From a virus (taxonomy: Duplodnaviria > Caudoviricetes), in IMG/VR virus record IMGVR_UViG_3300002092_000020, positions 1-33,909 of that record: a DNA stretch of 33,909 bases; one strand, 5' to 3'. A program made the translations under genes and the position numbers. The stretch's first letter is position 1. Each line of letters opens with the position of its first letter. Of the stretch, positions 1 through 6,518 are shown piece by piece. The notes below the pieces were generated by a model. That model saw nothing but the letters and a program-made list of their open reading frames with translations. It had not been told where the DNA came from and did not search any database.

Positions 1-61
1 GTGCTGGTACTGCTACATTAATTCAAGGTGGGTCAATTACCCTTGCTGGTGGTGGCGGTGG
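1..61 (+). repeat. 61-nt terminal overlap identical to 33849-33909 (circularisation overlap)
   Basis: GTGCTGGTACTGCTACATTAATTC...GGTGGCGGTGG at both ends; the reading frame continues across the join. Confidence 0.95.
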
Positions 62-350
62 TGGTAATTCAGGAGGTTCAAATCAAGGCGCTGGCGCTGC
101 TGGTGGTGGCGGTGGTGGTAATTCTGGTTCAAGCGTAAACCCTGGAAACGGAACACCTAATACTGGTTCTGGCGGTGGTGGTTCTGAATATAATGCTTCA
201 CAAACAGGCGGTAATGGTGGTAGTGGTGTAGCAATTATTCGTATGCCTACTGCAAACTATACTGGAACAAAAACTGGTAGCCCAACTGTTACAACAAGTG
301 GCACAGATACCGTATTAACTTACACCGCATCTGGTACATATACTGCTTAA
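1..350 (+). CDS. C-terminal part of tail fibre/adhesin starting at 33011 (glycine-rich domain)
   Basis: Frame from nt 3 reads AGTATLIQGGSITLAGGGGG...GSGVAIIRMPT...YTA, stop TAA 348-350; in frame with ATG 33011 (395 aa joined). Confidence 0.9.
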   Translation, partial: AGTATLIQGGSITLAGGGGGGNSGGSNQGAGAAGGGGGGNSGSSVNPGNGTPNTGSGGGGSEYNASQTGGNGGSGVAIIRMPTANYTGTKTGSPTVTTSGTDTVLTYTASGTYTA

Positions 351-360
351 AGGAAAAACT

Positions 361-513
361 ATGTTTATCGTTACTTGGTTATTTGACAAAATTGGCTATA
401 TGCCCAAAGTTACCGTAGATACCGCATGGTCTTTTCCTGTTGTTAAAAAAGCTACAACTGTTGCTAAAAAGCCAACAGTAAAAAAGGCTACGACTCGCAA
501 AAAGAAAAATTAA
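361..513 (+). CDS. Small 50-aa protein with Lys/Thr/Ala-rich basic tail (not in ORF track)
   Basis: AAGGAAAA SD, then MFIVTWLFDKIGYMPKVTVDTAWSFPVVKKATTVAKKPTVKKATTRKKKN*; fills the gap exactly. Confidence 0.75.
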   Translation: MFIVTWLFDKIGYMPKVTVDTAWSFPVVKKATTVAKKPTVKKATTRKKKN

Positions 514-514
514 C

Positions 515-730
515 ATGGCTGACCTCGAAAATTTTGATATGTTTAAATTCGGTGGTCTGGTTAATCAGGTTGAGAATTTGCAAGCTAAAGTAGACAGTAT
601 GGATAGGGATATAAAAGAATTGCTTGAACTAGCCAATCGTTCAAAAGGTTCTTTATGGGCTTTGATGGGGGTAGCTTCTTTAGTTGGTGGTTTTGTTGCT
701 TATATTACGAACTTCTTATTTCATAAATGA
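515..730 (+). CDS. Coiled-coil protein with C-terminal TM helix (XhlA/holin-accessory-like)
   Basis: Heptad-like N-terminus plus SLWALMGVASLVGGFVAYI; first gene of lysis cassette. Confidence 0.6.
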   Translation: MADLENFDMFKFGGLVNQVENLQAKVDSMDRDIKELLELANRSKGSLWALMGVASLVGGFVAYITNFLFHK

Positions 731-930
731 GGCGTACAAGCAGGGGTGCTATGCACTCCAAAACCATGTGGTTTTCCCTTGCATTAGTCGTGTTAGGGGT
801 GGTTTATGATAATTTTAGCTATGTTGAAAATATTATTAACCCTCGTTTGTATGGCATATTACTTATTAGTATTGGTATTGTTGTTGCTGTGCTTAGATTT
901 ATAACCACAATGCCGTTGGAGGATAAATAA
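727..930 (+). CDS. Putative holin (2 TM)
   Basis: Basic N-terminus, SKTMWF, two hydrophobic helices, LRFITT.PL tail; in lysis cassette. Confidence 0.65.
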   Translation: MRRTSRGAMHSKTMWFSLALVVLGVVYDNFSYVENIINPRLYGILLISIGIVVAVLRFITTMPLEDK

Positions 931-1349
931 TGTTTGGATTACCTATACCTATTAGTTTTTACATATATGCAGCTTTAGCCGTTGTAGCACTAGGTGGTAT
1001 AGGCTACGGAAAGTATGAGTCTGCCAAATATGACGCTTTTAAAGCACAAGTAGAAGCTGCTGGAAAAGCCCAAGAAGCCCATGTAGAGTCAATTACTAAA
1101 CAACAAGCTATAGTAACTAAAGGAATTGAAAATGAATACAATGCGAAACTTGCTGCTGTGCGGAATTATTATAAGTCTACAAGCGTGTGGAACAACACCA
1201 GTAGCAGTAAAACAAGCGGAATTTCCACAGCCCCCAGCCTCTCTGATGTTATCACCTCCTACAATGTTCTTGCTGGACAATGTGCTGAAACCACAGCCCA
1301 AACAGTAGCATTACAAGATTGGATTAGACAGCAAGTAGGTATCAAATGA
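930..1349 (+). CDS. Rz: Inner-membrane spanin (Rz-like)
   Basis: N-terminal TM, periplasmic coiled coil, C-terminal Cys and LQDWIR motif; carries an embedded lipoprotein gene. Confidence 0.8.
   Translation: MFGLPIPISFYIYAALAVVALGGIGYGKYESAKYDAFKAQVEAAGKAQEAHVESITKQQAIVTKGIENEYNAKLAAVRNYYKSTSVWNNTSSSKTSGISTAPSLSDVITSYNVLAGQCAETTAQTVALQDWIRQQVGIK
1141..1308 (+). CDS. Rz1: Outer-membrane spanin lipoprotein (Rz1-like), fully embedded in Rz in the +1 frame
   Basis: MRNLLLCGIIISLQA-C lipobox followed by Pro-rich FPQPPASLMLSPP. Confidence 0.8.
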   Translation: MRNLLLCGIIISLQACGTTPVAVKQAEFPQPPASLMLSPPTMFLLDNVLKPQPKQ

Positions 1350-1567
1350 ATAAAAAAGATGTAGCTTTAAGAGTCACTTTAATTGCAACAGTAACATTAG
1401 CAACCATTTTAATATCTATGGTAGTAGTGCTGTTAAGCGGTTTATATAACGACAAAATTGACAATGTTGAAATATTTAAAGCAGTTACCCCTGCATTTCA
1501 AATGATTGTTGGTGCGTTTGTTGGTCTTGTAGCTGGTATTAAGTTAGGTGAAACAGAAGATGAGTAA
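1346..1567 (+). CDS. Small 2-TM membrane protein (holin/antiholin-like)
   Basis: Two hydrophobic segments, PAFQMIVGAFVGLVAG; directly before the endolysin. Confidence 0.6.
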   Translation: MNKKDVALRVTLIATVTLATILISMVVVLLSGLYNDKIDNVEIFKAVTPAFQMIVGAFVGLVAGIKLGETEDE

Positions 1568-2081
1568 TTCTTTCAAAGAGTGTTTAGACTTAGTATTAAA
1601 GTCAGAAGGTGGATGGACAGGCGCACAAGGCTTAAAAGGTGACCCAGGTGGAGAAACCAATTTAGGTGTTACTAAGCGTGTTTGGGAAGAATGGGTAGGC
1701 CACCCTGTAGAAACACTTAAAAACCTTACAAAAGAAGATGTAGCACCTTTATATGAACAAAGATATTGGAGGCCTTGCTATGGAGAAGTATTACCTAGGG
1801 GACTCGACCTTGTTGTATTTTCCATGGCAATTAACGCAGGCCCAGGCAGAAGTATTAAATTGCTTCAATCAGCTATTGGATGTGTACCTGACGGAGTTAT
1901 TGGGCCAACAACAAGAAGCCTTATTTCCGCCAGTAATATTACAACTCTTATCGCAAAATTCTCAGAAGCTAGGCGAGAGTATTACCGTACATTAAAAACT
2001 TTCCCCATATTTGGAAAAGGTTGGCTATCAAGAGTAGACAAAGAAGAATTAGACGCGCTTCAAATGGTTAAGAATTCGTGA
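1560..2081 (+). CDS. Endolysin, glycoside hydrolase family 108 with C-terminal peptidoglycan-binding domain
   Basis: LKSEGG catalytic motif, DPGGETNLGVT, DGVIGPTT, FGKGWLSRV; ATG 1560 preferred over GTG 1548. Confidence 0.9.
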   Translation: MSNSFKECLDLVLKSEGGWTGAQGLKGDPGGETNLGVTKRVWEEWVGHPVETLKNLTKEDVAPLYEQRYWRPCYGEVLPRGLDLVVFSMAINAGPGRSIKLLQSAIGCVPDGVIGPTTRSLISASNITTLIAKFSEARREYYRTLKTFPIFGKGWLSRVDKEELDALQMVKNS

Positions 2082-2279
2082 ACCCTTTGTAAGCTGTCCT
2101 AAGGGCGTTTTAAGGCGTTTAACATGGTTGTCTGGGTGACATACCCACTTTGACCCCATACGCTTAATCATAGCCTTAGAATTGGCTTTATTCTGTTCTA
2201 CCAATAATTCATACATTGGATAGCTAAAACGCCCAGCTTCAATCATTTGTTTTAATAAACTTTTGTCGTTCTTAGTCAT
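2049..2279 (-). CDS. Hypothetical protein
   Basis: 76-aa ORF with AAGGGAAAA SD; KWVCHPDN motif; last gene of leftward operon. Confidence 0.7.
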   Translation of the reverse strand: MTKNDKSLLKQMIEAGRFSYPMYELLVEQNKANSKAMIKRMGSKWVCHPDNHVKRLKTPLGQLTKGSRILNHLKRV

Positions 2280-2490
2280 TTTTTCCCTTGTTTATTGTAA
2301 TTTCACCACCATCTACATTTACAGTAGTAGAGTTTTTATTAGCTTTTAATTTTTCTTGGTCAATATACTGGCGCAATATGCTAATAATTCCAGCCTCTAC
2401 CAATATACCTAGACCTTCAGCGTCAAAATGCACTACTGCGTCTGCGCTGCCATCTTTGTGTTCTTTAATTATTTCAATTTGAATTTCCAT
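2272..2490 (-). CDS. Hypothetical protein
   Basis: 72-aa ORF, AAAGGGAAAA SD, coupled to neighbours. Confidence 0.7.
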   Translation of the reverse strand: MEIQIEIIKEHKDGSADAVVHFDAEGLGILVEAGIISILRQYIDQEKLKANKNSTTVNVDGGEITINKGKND

Positions 2491-2501
2491 ACATTTTCCC
2501 T

Positions 2502-2747
2502 TTATTCAAACAAATCGTTTTGACCCATTAACCGCTTCATAGCAATTGATTTAAGGTAATTTTTTAGGGCCTTGTCATCTTCATTAAATATTTTATAAAA
2601 TAACTGACCTGAAGGCATCCTAGCGGTTTTATCTTGAAATGTGCCATGTAATACAAATGAAGAAAATGCCCTACAAGCTAATTCGTATTGACCGCACTTT
2701 TGTTTCCACTCGCAATCATCACAAGGGCATATTTCATTTAATTCCAT
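2502..2747 (-). CDS. Cys-rich hypothetical protein (possible Zn-binding)
   Basis: CPCDDC-x4-C-x6-C pattern; start overlaps the upstream stop. Confidence 0.7.
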   Translation of the reverse strand: MELNEICPCDDCEWKQKCGQYELACRAFSSFVLHGTFQDKTARMPSGQLFYKIFNEDDKALKNYLKSIAMKRLMGQNDLFE

Positions 2748-2926
2748 TACCTGCCTTTTTGTGCATAAAGTTCAGTATCAAATTTATGCCAAAAATCTAA
2801 CTCATTAACCATTTCGGTTATGTCGTTATCGCCAATGTAAGCGTATTCAATGTGGCCGTTGTAACCACGCAATTCAATAGTGGTATTGCCAAAAACTACA
2901 TTGCCAACTAAATGACCGTCTTTCAT
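2747..2926 (-). CDS. Hypothetical protein (59 aa)
   Basis: Start reassigned to ATG 2926, preceded by strong SD AAAGGGGAAAAT. Confidence 0.7.
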   Translation of the reverse strand: MKDGHLVGNVVFGNTTIELRGYNGHIEYAYIGDNDITEMVNELDFWHKFDTELYAQKGR

Positions 2927-3087
2927 ATTTTCCCCTTTGTAAAGATTGTAGTTTATTCGTAATGCAATAGATTTATGTAGGTGTTTTCCCTTAGTGTTGT
3001 ATTTGCCCAAACTTTACAATAACTTTAAAAAACTTTACAAAAGTGCATGAATTTTCAATAAAAAAATGTATAAAATATTACACAATT

Positions 3088-3113
3088 TATACATATAGTT
3101 ATAAATATGTATA
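3088..3113. terminator. AT-rich inverted repeat, possible terminator or operator downstream of the ncRNA cluster
   Basis: TATACATAT-N8-ATATGTATA perfect 9-bp arms. Confidence 0.35.
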
Positions 3114-3116
3114 GAA

Positions 3117-3206
3117 AAAGGCTGTATTTGGCAGTTACTAACTGTCAGGTGGAAAGCCACAAAAACCCTAACTTACTGCATCCTACATTGGTGGCTTAAC
3201 GCCCTT
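3117..3206 (-). ncRNA. Putative pseudoknotted structured RNA
   Basis: Nested stems AAGGGC/GCCUUU, UGUA/UACA, GCAGU/ACUGC, GUUAGG/CCUGAC plus 7-bp pseudoknot AAGCCAC/GUGGCUU; G-U pairs favour the minus strand. Confidence 0.6.
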
Positions 3207-3213
3207 AAATGGG

Positions 3214-3244
3214 TGAGGTACTTGCTTCTTTACGCTTTCCCTCA
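3214..3244 (-). ncRNA. Hairpin with loop-E/sarcin-ricin-type internal loop
   Basis: UGAGG-GAAA-GC-GUAAAGAA-GC-AAGUA-CCUCA (AGUA/GAA bulged-G signature). Confidence 0.5.
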
Positions 3245-3251
3245 TAAAAAA

Positions 3252-3312
3252 GGTGGGGGCTGGTATACACGGATATACATGGTAGAGGAAAGGGGAAATC
3301 CTCTCAGCCCCC
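3252..3312 (-). ncRNA. Putative tRNA-like three-way-junction small RNA with anti-SD loop
   Basis: GGGGGCUG/CAGCCCCC closing stem, AGAGGA-[UUUCCCCUU]-UCCUCU, GUAUA-[UCCGUG]-UAUAC, 3' ACC then U6. Confidence 0.6.
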
Positions 3313-3317
3313 GTTGT

Positions 3318-4067
3318 TTAGTTTAAACCATTCTTTAATTTGTATATTTTAAGTAGGCTAAGAAACATCTCATAGCCATCTCTAAGGTCTTGTTCTGTAT
3401 GTTCATAAATAGCAATTTCCCCAGTTGTACCATTAATGTACACATTGGCGCATCGTGCAGAGGGCGCTAAAACCTCTCTATAGGCTGTTAACTGTAGTGT
3501 ATTCTCTAGGTAGGGTGTTAAATCACCAGGGCATTTTTCCGTAGTCTTAAAGTCAATTACGACCCCACCGAAATCATGGCTTGGTTTGCAATATAAATCA
3601 CACTTGCCACCGTAGCCTTCTTGGGCATTGACTAAACATTGTTCAGAAATCCATTCCTGAACCCCAAAATGGGCTGTTATAGCGTCATCTACAGTTTTGA
3701 CATAGCTAGGCATATCAGGCACAAATTCTTTGGCGTAGAAGCTTTCTATCCAGTCATGTATAAGAGTGCCTCTATCGGCAGCTTCCCTAGACTTTTGTTT
3801 AGAAATATCTAATATTCTAGCAATGTAGTCTTTTTCTTCTTCTTGCAGACCTCTTGGGTTTTCAGCAGCAGCTTTAATGGCTTCTGTTTGAAACCATGTA
3901 TTTAACCCATTCTTAGCTAATTGCCCATTGATGGTGGACACAGAAGGAACTAATGTCCCAGGTTGGGACTTAGCATCACGCAAAGTAGTGTTGCGTTCTT
4001 TGCCATTTTTACCAATCGTTGTATATCGTGGTTCGCCAGTTTTGGCACAATACCAATGTTCACTCAT
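3318..4067 (-). CDS. PD-(D/E)XK exonuclease (phage recombination nuclease)
   Basis: PSVSTI, RGTLIH, SEQ, YGGKCDL, IDFKT, QLTAY motifs; in operon with ERF and SSB-like genes. Confidence 0.85.
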   Translation of the reverse strand: MSEHWYCAKTGEPRYTTIGKNGKERNTTLRDAKSQPGTLVPSVSTINGQLAKNGLNTWFQTEAIKAAAENPRGLQEEEKDYIARILDISKQKSREAADRGTLIHDWIESFYAKEFVPDMPSYVKTVDDAITAHFGVQEWISEQCLVNAQEGYGGKCDLYCKPSHDFGGVVIDFKTTEKCPGDLTPYLENTLQLTAYREVLAPSARCANVYINGTTGEIAIYEHTEQDLRDGYEMFLSLLKIYKLKNGLN

Positions 4068-4106
4068 AATTTTCCCCTTGAAAATGTGTACTATACGCTA
4101 CATTTT

Positions 4107-4310
4107 TTAATTCAATAATTCTAATATTGATTCTCTGTCTACTGGTGTAACGCAACAATCTGCACAAGCTTGAATAACCTCACGAAGAACAGTAGCTAAG
4201 TCATTAACTTCAAATGCTATTAACTGTCGTTCCTCATCAACCCCAAAAGGTTCTGTAGAAATTATAGCTTTATCACCAATAACATCTCGTATTTGACTTA
4301 GCATAATCAT
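4107..4310 (-). CDS. Hypothetical protein
   Basis: 67-aa ORF with AGGAG SD; CADCC. Confidence 0.7.
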   Translation of the reverse strand: MIMLSQIRDVIGDKAIISTEPFGVDEERQLIAFEVNDLATVLREVIQACADCCVTPVDRESILELLN

Positions 4311-4313
4311 CTC

Positions 4314-4568
4314 CTAGAATGGCACATCATCTTCAATGGTATTGCGTGGCAATTCATCGCTACCTGATTCTTTAAAACCTAAAGGCATTTTTTCTTTACC
4401 GATTGCAATGCTAAAAAACTTGCCCTTTTTGCCTTCTTTAACCCAACCCGAAAGCCAATGTTCTTTACCGCCCACCATAATAGTGCCCGTGTAATCAGGG
4501 TGTGTTTCAGTCGTTTTACGGTCATTCTTGAATAAAGAACCGCTACCTTCTTTTGGAATGTAAGCCAT
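4314..4568 (-). CDS. Single-stranded DNA-binding-like protein (DUF736-type)
   Basis: GSLFKNDRK...HPDYTG...WLSGW and SSB-type acidic tail EDDVPF; ATG 4568 after AAAGGA. Confidence 0.75.
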   Translation of the reverse strand: MAYIPKEGSGSLFKNDRKTTETHPDYTGTIMVGGKEHWLSGWVKEGKKGKFFSIAIGKEKMPLGFKESGSDELPRNTIEDDVPF

Positions 4569-4578
4569 GTCATTTCCT

Positions 4579-5028
4579 TTAAATATCAATTGATTTAACT
4601 ACTGGTTTAGAAACTGATTTGACGCTTTCCACAACTTTGTTTGATGCTGTATTGCCATCATCGTCAGCTTGAACAATACCTAAAAACGCTGCTAATGCAC
4701 CTCTACGCATATAGGTAATTGTTGCCATGCAACCATGACTGTCAGGTTTTGCAACTGGAAAAGACATTTCCTGTTCAATCCATTCGCCTGAGTTATGGCA
4801 TAAGCGTGTTACCAGCCACATACGGCCCTCGAAGTAGTTGCCAGGCATCTGTATAACACTAAGACCGTTTGTAGCCATAAGACTACGACAAGCATCCCAA
4901 ACAGACTCCAAATCAGCATAACGAGATTTGAAAAACGGATTTGCAGAATCTTTTTTAGCATAAGTGAGTTCCCCTTGAACTTTAGACAATGCGGTTGCTA
5001 GTTCTTTAATAGAATCAGATTGAGGCAT
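4579..5028 (-). CDS. erf: ERF-family single-strand annealing recombinase
   Basis: [36 protein letters not shown]...GI...DDDG; ATG 5028 after GGAGG. Confidence 0.9.
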   Translation of the reverse strand: MPQSDSIKELATALSKVQGELTYAKKDSANPFFKSRYADLESVWDACRSLMATNGLSVIQMPGNYFEGRMWLVTRLCHNSGEWIEQEMSFPVAKPDSHGCMATITYMRRGALAAFLGIVQADDDGNTASNKVVESVKSVSKPVVKSIDI

Positions 5029-5224
5029 TTGAACCTCCAAATACTGAACCAAAATCTTCAAAGACTGATTGCAACAATTTATTGCGTTTGTTGTTGGGTT
5101 TACCGCAAGCTGCACGAATTACATCTATATCATCCTGTGATATATCTGTGCCAAACTCCATATTGGCTAACGCTATTTCTAAGCGTTCTTCCATTTCTGT
5201 CATTACTTGTGCCATTTCATCCAT
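5015..5224 (-). CDS. Hypothetical protein, first gene of leftward operon
   Basis: ATG 5224 after AAAGGGAGA SD; 69 aa. Confidence 0.7.
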   Translation of the reverse strand: MDEMAQVMTEMEERLEIALANMEFGTDISQDDIDVIRAACGKPNNKRNKLLQSVFEDFGSVFGGSNASI

Positions 5225-5335
5225 GTTATTTCTCCCTTTGGCGCATAGCAAAAGTGCTATATAAAGACTTTAACACAGGTTAATAAAAAAAGTAAAGTCC
5301 ATGCAAATAAACAACATTTAAGTTAAACTGCGTGA
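5225..5335. promoter_or_regulatory. Divergent early promoter/operator region
   Basis: Rightward ATGCAA(5301)-N17-TAAACT(5324); leftward TTTACT...TGtTAAAGT; inverted repeats GACTTTA(5266)/TAAAGTC(5293) and ATAGCA-AAAG-TGCTAT(5245-5260). Confidence 0.55.
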
Positions 5336-5611
5336 ATGGACACAAAATTAAAATTAACCGACACCGCAATCATTGACATACTAGGTGGTACAGCAAAGGT
5401 CGCTAGAATGTGCAAAGTAGACCCTGCTGCGGTTTCTAACTGGCGTATTAGGGGTATTCCAGCCGACAAATATATGCTTTTGGGCGCAAGGATTGAAACA
5501 GAAAGTCATGGTTTGGTAACTAGGCAAGACTTATTTCCCACCAGCTTTTGGCTAATATGGCCTGAATTGCTAAAAAACAACGCTTTTGGTAAACAAGATG
5601 AAATTGAGTAA
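5336..5611 (+). CDS. Cro/YdaS-like HTH transcriptional regulator
   Basis: IIDILGGTAKVARMCKVDPAAVSNWR.RGIP helix-turn-helix and TRQDLFP...IWPEL tail typical of Cro/YdaS. Confidence 0.8.
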   Translation: MDTKLKLTDTAIIDILGGTAKVARMCKVDPAAVSNWRIRGIPADKYMLLGARIETESHGLVTRQDLFPTSFWLIWPELLKNNAFGKQDEIE

Positions 5612-6152
5612 TGTAACCATTTGCGCGATTGACTCAGCACAACCAGAATTAGCATTAAAAGCTATGGAAAGAAGCAAACGCCACATTCAATTTGGTGACG
5701 ACTTATTTATAAACCATGCCAGTATTAACAGCAAACAAGCGTATAGCAAATTTGTGCTTCAAGAACTGCATAAATACATCAAGACGGACTTTGTTTTAAT
5801 AGTCCAATGGGATGGGTGGGTAATTGATGCAAGCGCCTGGCAAGACCAATTTTTAGATTATGACTACATAGGTGCAATATGGCCTTGGCATCCTGAAGGA
5901 TTGCGTGTAGGTAATGGGGGTTTCTCCCTACGAAGTAAGCGTCTTTTAGAGTTGACCTCGCAGCCTAAGTTTGTGTATAAAGATAAGAATGAAGATGATT
6001 TGATTTGTCATTTGAATAGGGATTATTTAGTACGCAATGGCGTACGCTTTGCGCCAGAAGAATTGGCAAGGTATTTTTCTTATGAAAGAGAGTTATCCAA
6101 TTTGCAAACCTTTGGTTTTCATGGAGATTTTCACATGGGCAAATACTTGTAG
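5598..6152 (+). CDS. DUF5672-family glycosyltransferase-like protein
   Basis: LIVQWDG, YDYIGA.W, VGNGGFSLRSKRLL, NED, FS.E, FGFHG motifs. Confidence 0.8.
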   Translation: MKLSNVTICAIDSAQPELALKAMERSKRHIQFGDDLFINHASINSKQAYSKFVLQELHKYIKTDFVLIVQWDGWVIDASAWQDQFLDYDYIGAIWPWHPEGLRVGNGGFSLRSKRLLELTSQPKFVYKDKNEDDLICHLNRDYLVRNGVRFAPEELARYFSYERELSNLQTFGFHGDFHMGKYL

Positions 6153-6158
6153 TAAACT
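6130..6158 (+). promoter_or_regulatory. Sigma70-like promoter in front of the structured element
   Basis: TTCACA(6130)-N17-TAAACT(6153); predicted start about 6164, at the first stem. Confidence 0.5.
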
Positions 6159-6161
6159 AGC

Positions 6162-6354
6162 TTTCCTATTTCGAGGCTCTAACGACATACCAGGGAATAG
6201 GGAATTACAGCGCTACTGGGGGTAATGGTTGAAACAGCGCAATATAGGTGGCGAAGATAGTGCCTATACCATGCAAGACTGTCGGGTGATGCGATTCCTC
6301 AATGGAAGCATTTTAAGGCAACCTAGGTAGGCTAGGTTCGCTTAAACCTCTTGG
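6162..6354 (+). ncRNA. Putative large structured RNA (or ssDNA structure) next to the candidate origin
   Basis: At least five stems plus pseudoknot-capable pairings; G-U pairs favour the + strand; no credible ORF. Confidence 0.55.
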
Positions 6355-6359
6355 AAGTA

Positions 6360-6416
6360 TATTAAAAGACTCATTAATAAGTCATTAACCTATTTAAAGA
6401 CTATTTAATAAGCCAT
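6360..6416 (+). repeat. Two 26-bp AT-rich direct repeats (iteron/operator-like)
   Basis: TATTAAAAGACTCATTAATAAGTCAT (6360) vs TATTTAAAGACTATTTAATAAGCCAT (6391): 22/26 identical, 31-bp period. Confidence 0.7.
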
Positions 6417-6518
6417 AGTTGTAATTTAACAACTAAGGGTTTTGGATAGTAGACATTAGCCATAGAAGTAAAGAAACTAGAAGTACTCAATAACGAGTAA
6501 ACATTTAAGGGGATTTAA

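Noticed and set aside
3117-3206. Circularly permuted twister ribozyme (GGCGUUAAGCC, AAUACAGC resemble twister segments)
   Set aside because: Lacks the U-A cleavage dinucleotide, the conserved GA after P2 and a P4 stem; the 7-bp pseudoknot is not a twister feature.
3252-3312. tRNA gene
   Set aside because: Only two internal arms, about 60 nt, no TTC T-loop or D-loop GG; kept as tRNA-like ncRNA only.
6037-6225. 62-aa ORF overlapping the structured element
   Set aside because: Mostly overlaps the DUF5672 gene in another frame, no SD, no recognisable motif.
6162-6354. Group I intron (AACGACA and GAAGATAGT recall R/S elements)
   Set aside because: No proper P7 pairing between those segments, no interrupted gene and no splice sites identifiable.
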